Origin: Bacillota bacterium
GTDB lineage: Bacteria; Bacillota; Dehalobacteriia; UBA4068
Assembly (NCBI GenBank): GCA_050949225.1
Contig: JBMNFI010000002.1
Location: 125,003 to 189,002, forward strand
DNA: 64,000 nucleotides
Reading direction: 5' to 3'
Shown here: positions 40,065-50,171 of the stretch, one piece after another
Position numbering within the stretch: position 1 is the first letter of the stretch
Layout of the letters: the number at the start of each line of letters is the position of its first letter
Notes under the pieces: generated by a model
Database searches by the model: none
Told to the model about the DNA's origin: nothing
What the model saw: the letters and a program-made list of their open reading frames with translations, nothing else
Made by a program: the position numbers and the translations under genes

Positions 40065-41660
40065 TTAATTATATAAGGATCCGAAGGAGTCAAAAGGATA
40101 GACCCTGAAAAGTGCCTTGCCGCGGATATGGGATTTATCAATCGTGCCTACAGAGCTGTCTCTGCTGTCATGGCTTTCATTCCTGTTGTCCCCGACTACG
40201 AAATAGGAGGAGGAGTCAATAATCATGTTTATTTCACCAAAGGTATTTATGCCATTTAAATAGGGTTCTATCAACTCTTCCCCATTAACATAAATTTTGC
40301 CGTTTTTTATCGATATTTGTTCATTGGGCATGCCCACGATACGCTTGATATAGTATTTATTATTATAATCAGGAGCATCAATAATTACAATGTCGCCCCT
40401 TTGAGGATCCGAGATAAAATAATTTATTTTACCGGTGAAGAGGCGATCTCCATCTTGTAGTGTAGGGGTCATTGAATGTCCCCTGACCAGGGTCATGTCA
40501 ATTACAAAAGTTTTAATAGTAAAAGCAACGGCAAAAGCGATAGCGATTAAAACTATCACAGTGAGGATGGAACGAGCGGTGCTTTTTGGTGGGTGAGCCT
40601 TTCTCAGATCCTCTTCCCGAGCGTACTTAGGGAGATCTGTTGGGGGTTCACTAGTGATTGCTTGAGGTCTGAAGGTGGTCGTTTCCTTTGTTTGCGCGGA
40701 AAAGGGTTTGATCTCTTCTGTAGGAGTTGCCGGCTCATTTTGAGGAGAAAGGTCATTCGTTGGTGGACATTCGATAATAAAATTGCTGGCGCTTACGAGG
40801 GGTTTTTTTTCTGTTACTTTTGAAGGGGTTGGAGTCTGTTGCTCCTTCAGCTGTTCAGTTTTTTGTTCAATCTTTCTTTCTGGTGGGGACATAAAAGGTT
40901 TTTCTTTACCCAGTTCGGAAAGAATTAAGGTAGTTTCTTCTTTAGTACGTAAATTTTGCTGTTGCATGGCAGATAACTTCAGGTTGGCTTCTTGAGCTAA
41001 CTCTCTAGCTGCAGCTAATTCCTTTTGGGCAGCCAAATATTTTTGATTAAGTTGCTCTTTAAGGTGCTTACCCGCCAGATAAGCGGCAGTATCGGCTTTT
41101 TGTTTTTGGTTTATCTGCTCTGCCTTTTGCTGAGAAATATGCGCTATTTCACTGGCTTCTTCGGCGAGCCGATCCGATGCTTGAGCAATGTTTTCCAAGT
41201 TTTCAAACTCTTTTTCAGTGTTTTTAAGGTCCTTGAGTAGTTTTTCAACAGCAGCTTCTGCTTGTGATACGGCTCCGGCTGCTGAATCCCTGGCACTTTT
41301 TTGTGTATTAATTGCCGCATCAGAGGCACGTAAGGCCTGGTTTGCCGCATCAATTTTTGCTTTATGTATACGCTCATCATCAGGAGTAAAATTTTTTTTC
41401 AGGATGCTATCTGCAGCCTTAGCCGCAGTCATCGCCTTTTGTGCAGCAGCAAAAGCATGCTCCGCCTGATTTTCCGCATCCATAGCTAATGATATCAGTT
41501 CCGGAGCACTTTGTTGGTCGGCGGTTTCCTGTGGCCATGGTTTATCATCCGGCATAGTCTGTTGAGGACTGTCAGGAGAATTGACCGATGGTTTATGTTT
41601 GATCCATTCTGGCTTGTTATCATTTCTATTTTGCCAAAAATTGTTGGTCAATTTTATCAT
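40065..41660 (-). CDS. lepB: Signal peptidase I with long N-terminal coiled-coil extension
   Basis: C-terminal TM then GHSMTPTL, RGDIV, YIKRIVG.P, FV.GDNR.ESHDSR; preceded by about 360 aa of Ala/Gln coiled coil and Pro/Thr linker. Confidence 0.85.
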   Translation of the reverse strand: MIKLTNNFWQNRNDNKPEWIKHKPSVNSPDSPQQTMPDDKPWPQETADQQSAPELISLAMDAENQAEHAFAAAQKAMTAAKAADSILKKNFTPDDERIHKAKIDAANQALRASDAAINTQKSARDSAAGAVSQAEAAVEKLLKDLKNTEKEFENLENIAQASDRLAEEASEIAHISQQKAEQINQKQKADTAAYLAGKHLKEQLNQKYLAAQKELAAARELAQEANLKLSAMQQQNLRTKEETTLILSELGKEKPFMSPPERKIEQKTEQLKEQQTPTPSKVTEKKPLVSASNFIIECPPTNDLSPQNEPATPTEEIKPFSAQTKETTTFRPQAITSEPPTDLPKYAREEDLRKAHPPKSTARSILTVIVLIAIAFAVAFTIKTFVIDMTLVRGHSMTPTLQDGDRLFTGKINYFISDPQRGDIVIIDAPDYNNKYYIKRIVGMPNEQISIKNGKIYVNGEELIEPYLNGINTFGEINMIIDSSSYFVVGDNRNESHDSRDSSVGTIDKSHIRGKALFRVYPFDSFGSLYN

Positions 41661-41804
41661 CCTTTCTTTGAGTGGTTCTCTTTTATGCCAATATTATATA
41701 TATTATATCATTATAACATTATATAAACGCTTATAAAAGAAAAATTTTCCAGAGAAGGAATTTTAATTAAAAAGTTAAATATATGTAAGGAAGGGAGGAA
41801 CACA

Positions 41805-42236
41805 ATGAAAGAAGTGGATATTTATACAGACGGAGCTTGTTCTGGCAATCCTGGTGCCGGTGGCTGGGGTTGTGTTCTTTTATATGGTCCTCATCGCAAA
41901 GAGGCCTCTGGTGCGGAGGCTTTAACAACCAATCAAAAAATGGAATTGCGGGCGGCTTTAGAAGGGTTAAAGCTACTTAAAGAGCCTTGTCGTGTTAATT
42001 TATATAGTGACAGCGCCTATCTTATTAATGCCTTTACCAGGGGCTGGATAGAAAAGTGGCAAAACAATGGTTGGCTGAACAGTAAAAAAGATCCTGTAGA
42101 AAACCAGGATTTGTGGAAAGGCTTGATCGAGCAAAGCAGGGTACACCGGATAAACTGGGTCAAGGTCAAGGGTCATGCCGGCAACCCGGAAAATGAACGC
42201 TGTGATCAACTAGCTCGAGAAGCGATCAACAAGTGA
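41805..42236 (+). CDS. rnhA: Ribonuclease HI
   Basis: YTDGACSGNPG.GG, TTNQ.MEL, V.N.DLW, VKGHAG..ENE.CD.LA. Confidence 0.96.
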   Translation: MKEVDIYTDGACSGNPGAGGWGCVLLYGPHRKEASGAEALTTNQKMELRAALEGLKLLKEPCRVNLYSDSAYLINAFTRGWIEKWQNNGWLNSKKDPVENQDLWKGLIEQSRVHRINWVKVKGHAGNPENERCDQLAREAINK

Positions 42237-42287
42237 TAAAATTTTTTCAAAAGAAGCCTTTTATTATTTAACCGCGTAACTACTCGA

Positions 42288-42737
42288 TTACTTAACTACG
42301 AGCACATCAGCTGTGGTATGGTGAATGACTCGTTCTGTGACAGAGCCCATAAAGACTCTTTTAGTCAAGCTGGCAAGGCCGCGGCAACCCATGATTAACA
42401 GGTCATATTCGCCGGAGTCAGCCTCTTTTATAATCTCTTCAGAAGGGAAGCCCACACCGACAATATGTCGTGGTTTGATCTCGGCTGCTGTAAACCTTTC
42501 GGAAACATAATCTAAAAGCATTCGTCCATGTTCTTTTTCACGCTCTGTTAACTCAGTTTGCGTTTCATAGATATTTTTCATAAGAGGACTAGGCATAGCA
42601 GACATGTTATAAATTGGTTCTTGAAAGACAACTGTGATTAAGGTTACTTCTGCGGAAAAGGCTTTGCTCATTTTTACCCCCATATCGGCGGCTTTTAATG
42701 ATTGTTCGGATCCATCAATAGCGATTAATATTTTCAT
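42288..42737 (-). CDS. Universal stress protein
   Basis: KILIAIDGS, DLLIMG.RG, GSV.ERV......VLVVK. Confidence 0.92.
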   Translation of the reverse strand: MKILIAIDGSEQSLKAADMGVKMSKAFSAEVTLITVVFQEPIYNMSAMPSPLMKNIYETQTELTEREKEHGRMLLDYVSERFTAAEIKPRHIVGVGFPSEEIIKEADSGEYDLLIMGCRGLASLTKRVFMGSVTERVIHHTTADVLVVK

Positions 42738-42908
42738 AGGAATGCCTCCTTAACACCATGAATCAAATTGGAAAATTGTTTTATTTTAGTATATCCAGTT
42801 ATGGCGAAAAAGTCAAACAACTATCGATGTTTTTACAATATTTCTTGTTTCGGCAGGGAAAATTATCATTGATCCAGAATGAATTTATAGAATATTTTTA
42901 GAAAACGG

Positions 42909-43559
42909 GTGATTTTTTTGACCAAAGGGTTGTATGAATCATTAGTGGAACAAATTATTGATGGTGATGATGAAGCCGTTGATCAAACAACGGATAATTT
43001 ACTGGCCGAGGGGCAATCACCTATGGCTATTATTAACGATGGTCTTTTAAGGGGTATGACTGAAGTGGGGGAGCTTTTCAAAGAGGGGGAAATGTTTGTG
43101 CCCGAGGTTATGATGGCGGCGCAAACTGTTACTTGTTCTTTGGACAAGTTAAAGGTTTTGATCAAGGAAGAAGATAGGCCGCAAATGGCCAAGGTTGTTA
43201 TTGGCACAGTACAAGGGGATTTACATGATATTGGCAAAAACTTAGTGGTGATGATGATGGAAAACAGTGGTTTTGAAGTCATTGATTTAGGGACCGATGT
43301 TTCTCCGGAGGCTTTTTATCAAGCGGCTAGGCAGCATGATGCTGATATTATAGGTATGTCATCTTTATTAACCACAACAATGCCGGCCATGCGGGAGACA
43401 GTGGACGCCGTTAAGGCCGCAGGTCTGCGTGAGAAGGTGAAAATTATTATCGGTGGTGCGCCGGTGACGGCCGAATATGCCTCTCAGATTGGTGCTGATG
43501 GGTATTCGGAGGATGCCGTGCGAGCGGTAGAGTTGTGTAAGAATTTATTAAATATTTAG
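42909..43559 (+). CDS. Corrinoid (cobalamin-binding) methyltransferase cognate protein
   Basis: FVPEV, GDLHDIGKN (DxHxxG), S.LLTTT, IGGAPV. Confidence 0.92.
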   Translation: MIFLTKGLYESLVEQIIDGDDEAVDQTTDNLLAEGQSPMAIINDGLLRGMTEVGELFKEGEMFVPEVMMAAQTVTCSLDKLKVLIKEEDRPQMAKVVIGTVQGDLHDIGKNLVVMMMENSGFEVIDLGTDVSPEAFYQAARQHDADIIGMSSLLTTTMPAMRETVDAVKAAGLREKVKIIIGGAPVTAEYASQIGADGYSEDAVRAVELCKNLLNI

Positions 43560-43575
43560 GATTTAAGGAGAGAAT

Positions 43576-44376
43576 ATGTTAATAGTTGGAGAATTAATTA
43601 ATACCAGCAGGAAAGCTGTTGAATCGGCCGTGGCAGCAAGTGATGCGGCAGTCATTCAGGAAATTGCCCAGGCTCAGGATAAAAAGGGTGCAGATTATCT
43701 GGATATTAATTGCGGTACCTTTGTTAATGATGAGGCGGCACGTATGCAATGGCTGGTTGAGACGGTGCAAAAGGTTAGCAAAAAACCACTTTGTATTGAC
43801 AGCCCTAGTGCAAGGGTTTTGGAAAAGGGTTTGACAGCAATTACTCATGGTCGCCCCATGATTAACTCCATTACTGCCGAAGAGCGGCGTTTTGCTGAAA
43901 TTCTGCCCTTGGTTTTAAAATATCAGGCTAAAGTGGTGGCCCTTTGTATGGATGATGAGGGTATTCCGACCACGGATAAAAAGCGTTTTGCCATAGCGGA
44001 AAAACTTATCACCGAATTAATGGCAGCCGGTTTAGCAGCAGATGATATTTATTTGGACCCCTTGGTGCAGCCTGTAGCCACCGATGCTCTGGCAGGCAAG
44101 GCGGTTTTAGATACCATTTATGCCATTAAAAAAGGCTATCCACAGGTGCATTGTATCTGCGGTTTGTCCAATATTTCTTTTGGGTTGCCTAATCGAGCAC
44201 TTTTAAATAGAACTTTCATGGTGCAAACAATGACTGCCGGTATGGATGCTTATATTGCTAATCCCACAGATGATCAGTTGATGGGTTTACTTTATGCCGC
44301 CGATACCCTTTTGGGAAATGACGATTTTTGTTTAAAATATCTTAAAGCCCATCGTAAAGGGCTATATGAAAGATAA
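43576..44376 (+). CDS. Methyltetrahydrofolate:corrinoid methyltransferase (AcsE/MT2-type pterin-binding)
   Basis: IVGELIN.SR, LD.N.G, PLCIDS, INSI, Y.DPLV, GLSNISFGLP.R. Confidence 0.88.
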   Translation: MLIVGELINTSRKAVESAVAASDAAVIQEIAQAQDKKGADYLDINCGTFVNDEAARMQWLVETVQKVSKKPLCIDSPSARVLEKGLTAITHGRPMINSITAEERRFAEILPLVLKYQAKVVALCMDDEGIPTTDKKRFAIAEKLITELMAAGLAADDIYLDPLVQPVATDALAGKAVLDTIYAIKKGYPQVHCICGLSNISFGLPNRALLNRTFMVQTMTAGMDAYIANPTDDQLMGLLYAADTLLGNDDFCLKYLKAHRKGLYER

Positions 44377-44431
44377 AAAGAGCATAATTAATGGGGGTAC
44401 GCTTGGCGTACCCCCATTAATTATGCTCTTT
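44377..44431. terminator. 26-bp perfect inverted repeat between convergent genes
   Basis: AAAGAGCATAATTAATGGGGGTACGC-TTG-GCGTACCCCCATTAATTATGCTCTTT. Confidence 0.8.
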
Positions 44432-44492
44432 AGTAGACGTTACAGAGTTTTTATATTGCCTGGATCATAACAAAAAAGAGAGATAAATGTTT

Positions 44493-44780
44493 TTAGATAA
44501 CTCTTGTATAAAGCTCGACGGGGGCTTTTTCCTCCAATAAGTGAGCCATCTGCGGCACAATATCATTAAAATGACTGCTGGAATTATGGGCATCAATAGC
44601 TGCTTGATTTCGCCATATTTCGATAAAAGTTAAGATTTGGGGATTTTGCATATCTTGATATAAACCGTAGGAAATGCAGCCTTCTTCATTCTGGCTGGCT
44701 GCCACTAGGTCGCAGGCTAAGGTTTTAAATTCTTCAATTTTATCTGCTTTGACATAACGTTTGGCAATAATGGTGATCAC
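44493..44780 (-). CDS. Putative quinol monooxygenase (ABM domain)
   Basis: S..EEGCISY.LYQD, FIE.W.....D.H..S.HF. Confidence 0.88.
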   Translation of the reverse strand: MITIIAKRYVKADKIEEFKTLACDLVAASQNEEGCISYGLYQDMQNPQILTFIEIWRNQAAIDAHNSSSHFNDIVPQMAHLLEEKAPVELYTRVI

Positions 44781-44815
44781 AATGATCCCTCCTTATAAGT
44801 ATTTAGAAAAAGTAT

Positions 44816-45910
44816 TTAGATGTTAAATCTGAAATCAATAATGTCACCATCGGCAACAATATAATCCTTGCCCTCCAATCTAAAATGTCCTTGATCCCTT
44901 GTTGCGCTGATGCTGCCAGCGGCTTTTAGCTGTTCAAAGGCAACTGTTTCGGCACGGATAAAACCACGTTCAATATCGGAATGGATTTTGCCGGCGGCCT
45001 TTTTGGCGGGAAGACCTTTTTTAATGGGCCATGCGCGTACCTCGTCACTGCCGGCGGTTAAAAAAGAGATCAGACCCAATTGACTATAAAGAGCCTGAGC
45101 CATGCGACTGATTCCGCTTTCTGTTAACCCCAGTTCGGACAAAAACAGTTCCCTTTCTTCAGCGGGCAGCTGCTGGATTTCCTCCTCAAGCTTGGCACAG
45201 ACGGGTAAAACCTCTATTTCTTGTTCGGCGCACCAAGAGAGAATTTCTTCTTTTTGCGGCCAGTTGGCGGCTGCTGCCTGCTCTTCATCCAAATTAATGA
45301 TGATTAACATAGGCTTGGTGGTTAAAAAGGTGATATGGTTTAGTGCTTCTTGTTCCTCTTCAGTAAATTCCAAACTTTTTAAGGGTTGTTCATTTTCTAA
45401 ATGTTTTTGACATTTTTTAAGCACCTGTTCTTCAGCAGGATGCTCTAATTTTTTCTTATGACCACTGTTAATACGCGCCAAACGCGTTTCAATTAATTGT
45501 AGATCTGCAAACAGCAGCTCACTGTTGATGGTATCAATATCACGCATTATATCGATACTATCCTCCACGTGCACCACCTCATCATTTTTAAAGGCACGCA
45601 CGATATGGGCTAAAGCATCAACGTTAGCAATTGACTGTAAAAACTCATTACCACTGCCCTGACCTTGGCTGGATCCTGCGACAAGTCCCGGTACATCGAT
45701 AATTTTAATTTGGGCAAAGGTCGTTTTTTTAGGTTTAAACATTTCGGTCAGATAATCCAAACGACTATCGGGAACCAGGGCATGAGCCATATTAGTAGTT
45801 GTTTTACCGGAATAAAAGGCACTGGTTTCTATGCCGGCATTGGTTAAAAGATTAAAAAAAGTGGTTTTGCCGACGATTGGCAAACCGATAATACCACATG
45901 AAAGAGCCAT
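44816..45910 (-). CDS. ychF: Redox-regulated ATPase YchF
   Basis: G.P.VGKTT.FN.LT, D..GLV.G.S.G.G.GN.FL, AG.IHSD.ERGFIRAE, EGKDY.V.DGD. Confidence 0.92.
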   Translation of the reverse strand: MALSCGIIGLPIVGKTTFFNLLTNAGIETSAFYSGKTTTNMAHALVPDSRLDYLTEMFKPKKTTFAQIKIIDVPGLVAGSSQGQGSGNEFLQSIANVDALAHIVRAFKNDEVVHVEDSIDIMRDIDTINSELLFADLQLIETRLARINSGHKKKLEHPAEEQVLKKCQKHLENEQPLKSLEFTEEEQEALNHITFLTTKPMLIIINLDEEQAAAANWPQKEEILSWCAEQEIEVLPVCAKLEEEIQQLPAEERELFLSELGLTESGISRMAQALYSQLGLISFLTAGSDEVRAWPIKKGLPAKKAAGKIHSDIERGFIRAETVAFEQLKAAGSISATRDQGHFRLEGKDYIVADGDIIDFRFNI

Positions 45911-46074
45911 AATAATCCTCCATAATCTCTATTCTTTATACATTATACCGAAAAAATAAGTTATCTACAAGGAGATGAGGATAAAAAGTAGTAAACTAGT
46001 TTTTAAGAGATGATGGAAAGAATAAAGGCTATCTGTTATAATATAAATAAATTAATGAGAAAGGGTCGCTATTT

Positions 46075-46830
46075 ATGAAAAAAGAGCAGCTGGCGAATAT
46101 TTTACAACAGGTGGCAGAGGGATTGCTTGCTCCCACTTTGGCCTTTGAGCAGTTGCAGGGATTTGCAGATCAAGGGTTACCGTATGCTAAGTTAGATTAC
46201 CAGCGGGAGCTGCGTCGGGGTTTTCCCGAAGTGGTTTATGCCCAGGGTAAAACGACGGAGCAGGTTCTTGGTATTTTAAAAGCTTTAGCGGAAAAATCAA
46301 AGAGTAATATTTTGGCGACTCGTTGCAGCCGGCAGCTGTGGCAGGAAATTGCAGCGGATTTACCGGAAGCACAATATTATGAAGAGGCGCAGCTAATCTG
46401 CATTGAACAGCAAAAACCTCAAAATGAGGGACTTGTTGCCGTGCTTTGTGCCGGGACATCTGATCTGCAGATAGCCGAGGAGGCCGCCTTAACTGCATAT
46501 TTTATGGGGAATAAAGTACAACGTTTTTATGATGTAGGGGTGGCCGGGATTCATCGTCTTTTGGGGATTTGTGATCAGTTGAAAAAAGCACGGGTTTTGG
46601 TGGTAGTTGCCGGCATGGAAGGAGCTTTACCTAGTGTGGTTGCGGGATTATTGGATAAACCGGTGATTGCCGTACCTACCAGTGTGGGATATGGCGCCAG
46701 CTTTCAAGGTGTGGCTGCCCTTTTGGGTATGCTGAACAGCTGCAGCTCCGGTGTGACTGTCGTCAATATAGATAACGGTTTTGGTGCCGGTTACGCAGCT
46801 TCGCTGATCAATAAGGTTGCCTTAAAATAA
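46075..46830 (+). CDS. larB: NPN cofactor biosynthesis carboxylase/hydrolase LarB
   Basis: R.LR.GFPEV, AGTSD, DVGVAGIHRL, AGMEGALPSV, PTSVGYG, NSC..GV.VVNIDNGFGA. Confidence 0.93.
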   Translation: MKKEQLANILQQVAEGLLAPTLAFEQLQGFADQGLPYAKLDYQRELRRGFPEVVYAQGKTTEQVLGILKALAEKSKSNILATRCSRQLWQEIAADLPEAQYYEEAQLICIEQQKPQNEGLVAVLCAGTSDLQIAEEAALTAYFMGNKVQRFYDVGVAGIHRLLGICDQLKKARVLVVVAGMEGALPSVVAGLLDKPVIAVPTSVGYGASFQGVAALLGMLNSCSSGVTVVNIDNGFGAGYAASLINKVALK

Positions 46831-46984
46831 CTGCCGAGTGTAATGGCAATTTAAGTTTTTACGGTTGCTTTTGCAGCTGCTGTTATAATGATGTTTATCA
46901 TATGTAAAATATTGGCAATATCTATATTTTACGATATAATAAAGTGTAGATATTTTTAAATCTGGATGAGTGAAGGAGTTTACA

Positions 46985-47611
46985 ATGGTCACTGCTGATT
47001 GGGTTCTGTTATGTTTTTGTTTGCTGAGTATCTTGATCGGCTGGAATAAAGGTGCCTTGCGGATTTTGAGCGGAATTGGTTCTTTGTTTATCGCTTGGCA
47101 GGCAGCAAGGGTCTTTGCTTCACTTTTGGCCGGTTGGTTATATGGGCTATTAGGGCTTACTACGGGTTTTGGGGAAACAGGAGCGTGGAATTCTATCTAT
47201 TTATTTTTAGATGGAGCCTCTGTGTTTGAGAAGGTTTTTTATGTAATTGCTTTTATTATTATTTTTGTTATAGTGGTGGCGATTATCAGGGCTGTTGCTA
47301 AGGGTATCAGGGGTATAATGCGTGGCAACGTGTTAGGGGCTATTGACAGTGCTGTAGGAGCCTTTTTTGGCTTGTTTATTCTAGCGGTGATCATTAATTT
47401 ACTGACAACCTTGATTTTACCTTTGGCGGGCGGAACGGAAGGTCATCTTTATGATCTTCAGGTTTTTTTAGCTTCTTCAGAAATTATTTTACCGCTGCTC
47501 TTGGGCATGACGGGATATTTTTTGACTACTGCAACCGGCATTATGGAATCTTTAGGTTTGCCGCAGATTACTGCCGAGGGTGCAGAGATGCCTTTGCTGC
47601 CGCTGGATTAA
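46985..47611 (+). CDS. CvpA (colicin V production) family membrane protein
   Basis: D......L..GW.KG, LG.ID...GA.FG; 4-5 TM; start after AAGGAG. Confidence 0.75.
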   Translation: MVTADWVLLCFCLLSILIGWNKGALRILSGIGSLFIAWQAARVFASLLAGWLYGLLGLTTGFGETGAWNSIYLFLDGASVFEKVFYVIAFIIIFVIVVAIIRAVAKGIRGIMRGNVLGAIDSAVGAFFGLFILAVIINLLTTLILPLAGGTEGHLYDLQVFLASSEIILPLLLGMTGYFLTTATGIMESLGLPQITAEGAEMPLLPLD

Positions 47612-47866
47612 AAACATTACTGTATGATGCGTGCGGCGGGCAGAAAAAATCAACGCTATCACTAATAAATAAGCAAACGAATCAACAGGTTTTTGGTTGG
47701 AAATGGGGACGATCGTTGCATAAACAGATTGCGGCATTTGCTGATTAAATATTTTAACATTTGTAAAAGGCTAACAATCCCTTGATGTAATGGTTTAGGG
47801 ATTTCACCCATCTATGGATCTTTATGGAAGAGAATTATAAATGTTAATCTAAGGGGGGATTTTTCT

Positions 47867-49012
47867 ATGGAAAATGTGCAAATTATTTTAGACTGGATTT
47901 ATAACCACTGGTTATCCTTTTTACAGTATAAATATGCCTGGTTAGTTATAATTGATATTATTGCTGCGATTATATTAATAATTCTTGGTATAAAAATAAT
48001 TAAGGAGCGCAAAAAAAATGTGCCCAATGAAAACCCTTCAAAAATAGCGGCAAAAGTGCCGCAGGCGAGCGTTTTCCGGCATCCTCTGAATGGGCAAGAA
48101 AAAGGCGATATTGTGGAGCCGGTTTTGCCTTTATCTGAAGTTGTTCCTAAAAACAACAACGTAGCTGTTCAAGCTACAGGGGGAGCCTTTAAATTCCCCG
48201 CTCTGGCAAAAAGACTTAAGACGCATAAAGGGATTCTTTCTGAAAAACTGATTGCAGAATGCCAGGCTGCGGGAGCTGACCTTCTGCCTGACATTTTAGC
48301 CATTTATGATCAACTGGATCCGAGAGTTGCGCAGAATATCAGAGACTTATCTATTGAAGAAGGTTGGTTAGTGAAGTACACTAAAGAGCTGTCACATGCG
48401 GATAAAAACAAAGAAACTTTATTGGCATCTTGGAGAATATTCCCTGATTCCCGTGTATTGCCGCAACTGGTAGAGCTTTTAGCTCATAAAGAAGAATCCC
48501 TTCACTTAGATGGGGTATGGCTTTTAAATACCATTAATGACAAGCGCTGTTTGCCATATTTAGTTGCTGCATTATTGCAGCCGCAGAAATACCTTACTGC
48601 TCGGGTGGGGGAAGTCTTTGAAAATTTTGGCATGAGTGCGGCCAATCTTTTAGCTAATCTTTTGCCGGAGGTAAATGATAAAAACAAGCTGATCATTTTA
48701 GAAACCTTATCGCAATTTTCCGGCGGATATCAATTACTGCCACTAGTTGATTGTTTAAATGACAGCAATTGGGAATTACGTATGACAGCAGTGCGAACTC
48801 TGGGCGAAAGTAAATATTATGAAGCAAAAGAGACAGTTTTGCCGCTGACATATGATTCTGTTTGGCAGGTAAGAGCAGCGGCCGCTAAAACTTTGGGCAG
48901 CTTAAGGGTACAGGAGGCTCGTGATCGACTGCGCCAACTGCTGGTGGATGATAATTTTTTGGTAAGGGCCAACGCTAAGGAGGCTTTGGACCGTTTAGAA
49001 TTAGACTATTAA
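47867..49012 (+). CDS. Membrane-anchored HEAT-repeat protein
   Basis: N-terminal TM; repeats L.D..W.VR.AAA..LG. Confidence 0.8.
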   Translation: MENVQIILDWIYNHWLSFLQYKYAWLVIIDIIAAIILIILGIKIIKERKKNVPNENPSKIAAKVPQASVFRHPLNGQEKGDIVEPVLPLSEVVPKNNNVAVQATGGAFKFPALAKRLKTHKGILSEKLIAECQAAGADLLPDILAIYDQLDPRVAQNIRDLSIEEGWLVKYTKELSHADKNKETLLASWRIFPDSRVLPQLVELLAHKEESLHLDGVWLLNTINDKRCLPYLVAALLQPQKYLTARVGEVFENFGMSAANLLANLLPEVNDKNKLIILETLSQFSGGYQLLPLVDCLNDSNWELRMTAVRTLGESKYYEAKETVLPLTYDSVWQVRAAAAKTLGSLRVQEARDRLRQLLVDDNFLVRANAKEALDRLELDY

Positions 49013-49033
49013 TTAGCATAGAGGTGATTCCCT

Positions 49034-49900
49034 ATGGAGGGTACGGAATTAACGATCCCTTTTATTGTAAAATGGTTATCTGAGATAGAGTTTTCGATGA
49101 TTTTTACTAATGTTTTAAAAATAGCAATCGTTATTGCTATTTGCATTATTGCTATTAAACTTGGCAAAAAAATTATTAATAATATTTTTCTTAAAGCTAC
49201 TAATATTAAAAATAGCAAACGAGTAGAAACCCTTTCTTCAGTTTGCGTAAGTGTTTGGCGTTATGTGGTCTACTTTATTACTATTTTAGTTGTGATGAGT
49301 ATCTTAAATATTGATATTATGCCGGTTTTGGCCTCTGCGGGGGTGGCTGGTGTTGCGATTGGTTTTGGAGCCCAGAGCTTGGTTAAAGATGTTATCAGCG
49401 GTTTTTTTATTCTCTTTGAAAATTATTATGAGGTTGGTGACTTTATAGAGACCAGTGGTGTACAGGGTTTTGTTGAAGGGATTGGTCTGCGCTCCACCAA
49501 AATGAAAGATTGGGATGGTAGCGTGCATGTTTTCCCTAATGGACAGGTTGATGTGGTAACCAACTATTCTCAAGGGGACTTAACCGCTTCTCTACGCATT
49601 CCTGTTTCCTATGTAAATGATATTGAGAAGGCTTTAGATATAGTTAAAAAGGTTTGTCAAGATGTCAAGCAGGAATTAATGCAACTTTCACATGGCCCGA
49701 CAGTTTTGGGTGTTGATGAATTAGGGGAAAGGCAGATATTTATCAGAATTAGTTTTGATGCTGCCTTAAAAGATAAATTTGAAATTGAGCGACAACTACG
49801 TCGCAGATGCATAGAGGCGCTGGATGAGGGAGGAATTACTTTGCCATATGCTTTTAAGCAGATTTCTTTCGAGCAAGAACGTTTGGTGGCTAAGCAATAA
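49034..49900 (+). CDS. Small-conductance mechanosensitive channel (MscS family)
   Basis: AG.AG.AIGFGAQ.LVKD.ISG, G.VE.IGLR.T, PNG....TNYS. Confidence 0.92.
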   Translation: MEGTELTIPFIVKWLSEIEFSMIFTNVLKIAIVIAICIIAIKLGKKIINNIFLKATNIKNSKRVETLSSVCVSVWRYVVYFITILVVMSILNIDIMPVLASAGVAGVAIGFGAQSLVKDVISGFFILFENYYEVGDFIETSGVQGFVEGIGLRSTKMKDWDGSVHVFPNGQVDVVTNYSQGDLTASLRIPVSYVNDIEKALDIVKKVCQDVKQELMQLSHGPTVLGVDELGERQIFIRISFDAALKDKFEIERQLRRRCIEALDEGGITLPYAFKQISFEQERLVAKQ

Positions 49901-49920
49901 AAATCAAGGAGTGTTTAGCA

Positions 49921-50127
49921 GTGATTGATCCGGCAAAAATAGAGATTGGTCAAGTGATAAAATTAAAAAAGGCCCACCCTTGCGGCGGTTTTTTATGGCA
50001 AGTCGTTGATCTGGGTATGGATTGTCGGTTAAAATGCCAAACTTGTGGACATGTAGTGCTTTTAAGCCGTCATGATTTAACTAGACGGGTTGTGGCTGTT
50101 TTACCAAAAGACTTGCCTAAAAAATAA
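49921..50127 (+). CDS. DUF951 family protein
   Basis: LKK.HPCG...W....G.D..LKC..CGH.V.L.R. Confidence 0.9.
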   Translation: MIDPAKIEIGQVIKLKKAHPCGGFLWQVVDLGMDCRLKCQTCGHVVLLSRHDLTRRVVAVLPKDLPKK

Positions 50128-50171
50128 AATTGTGATACTATGTATTAGTTGCATCAACTTTTAATGGTGCA

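Noticed and set aside
47670-47720. c-di-GMP-I riboswitch-like words (GCAAAC...GAAA...GGACG)
   Set aside because: The GAAA-capped stem does not pair and the 3' half (GCAAAG..., CTAA receptor) is missing.
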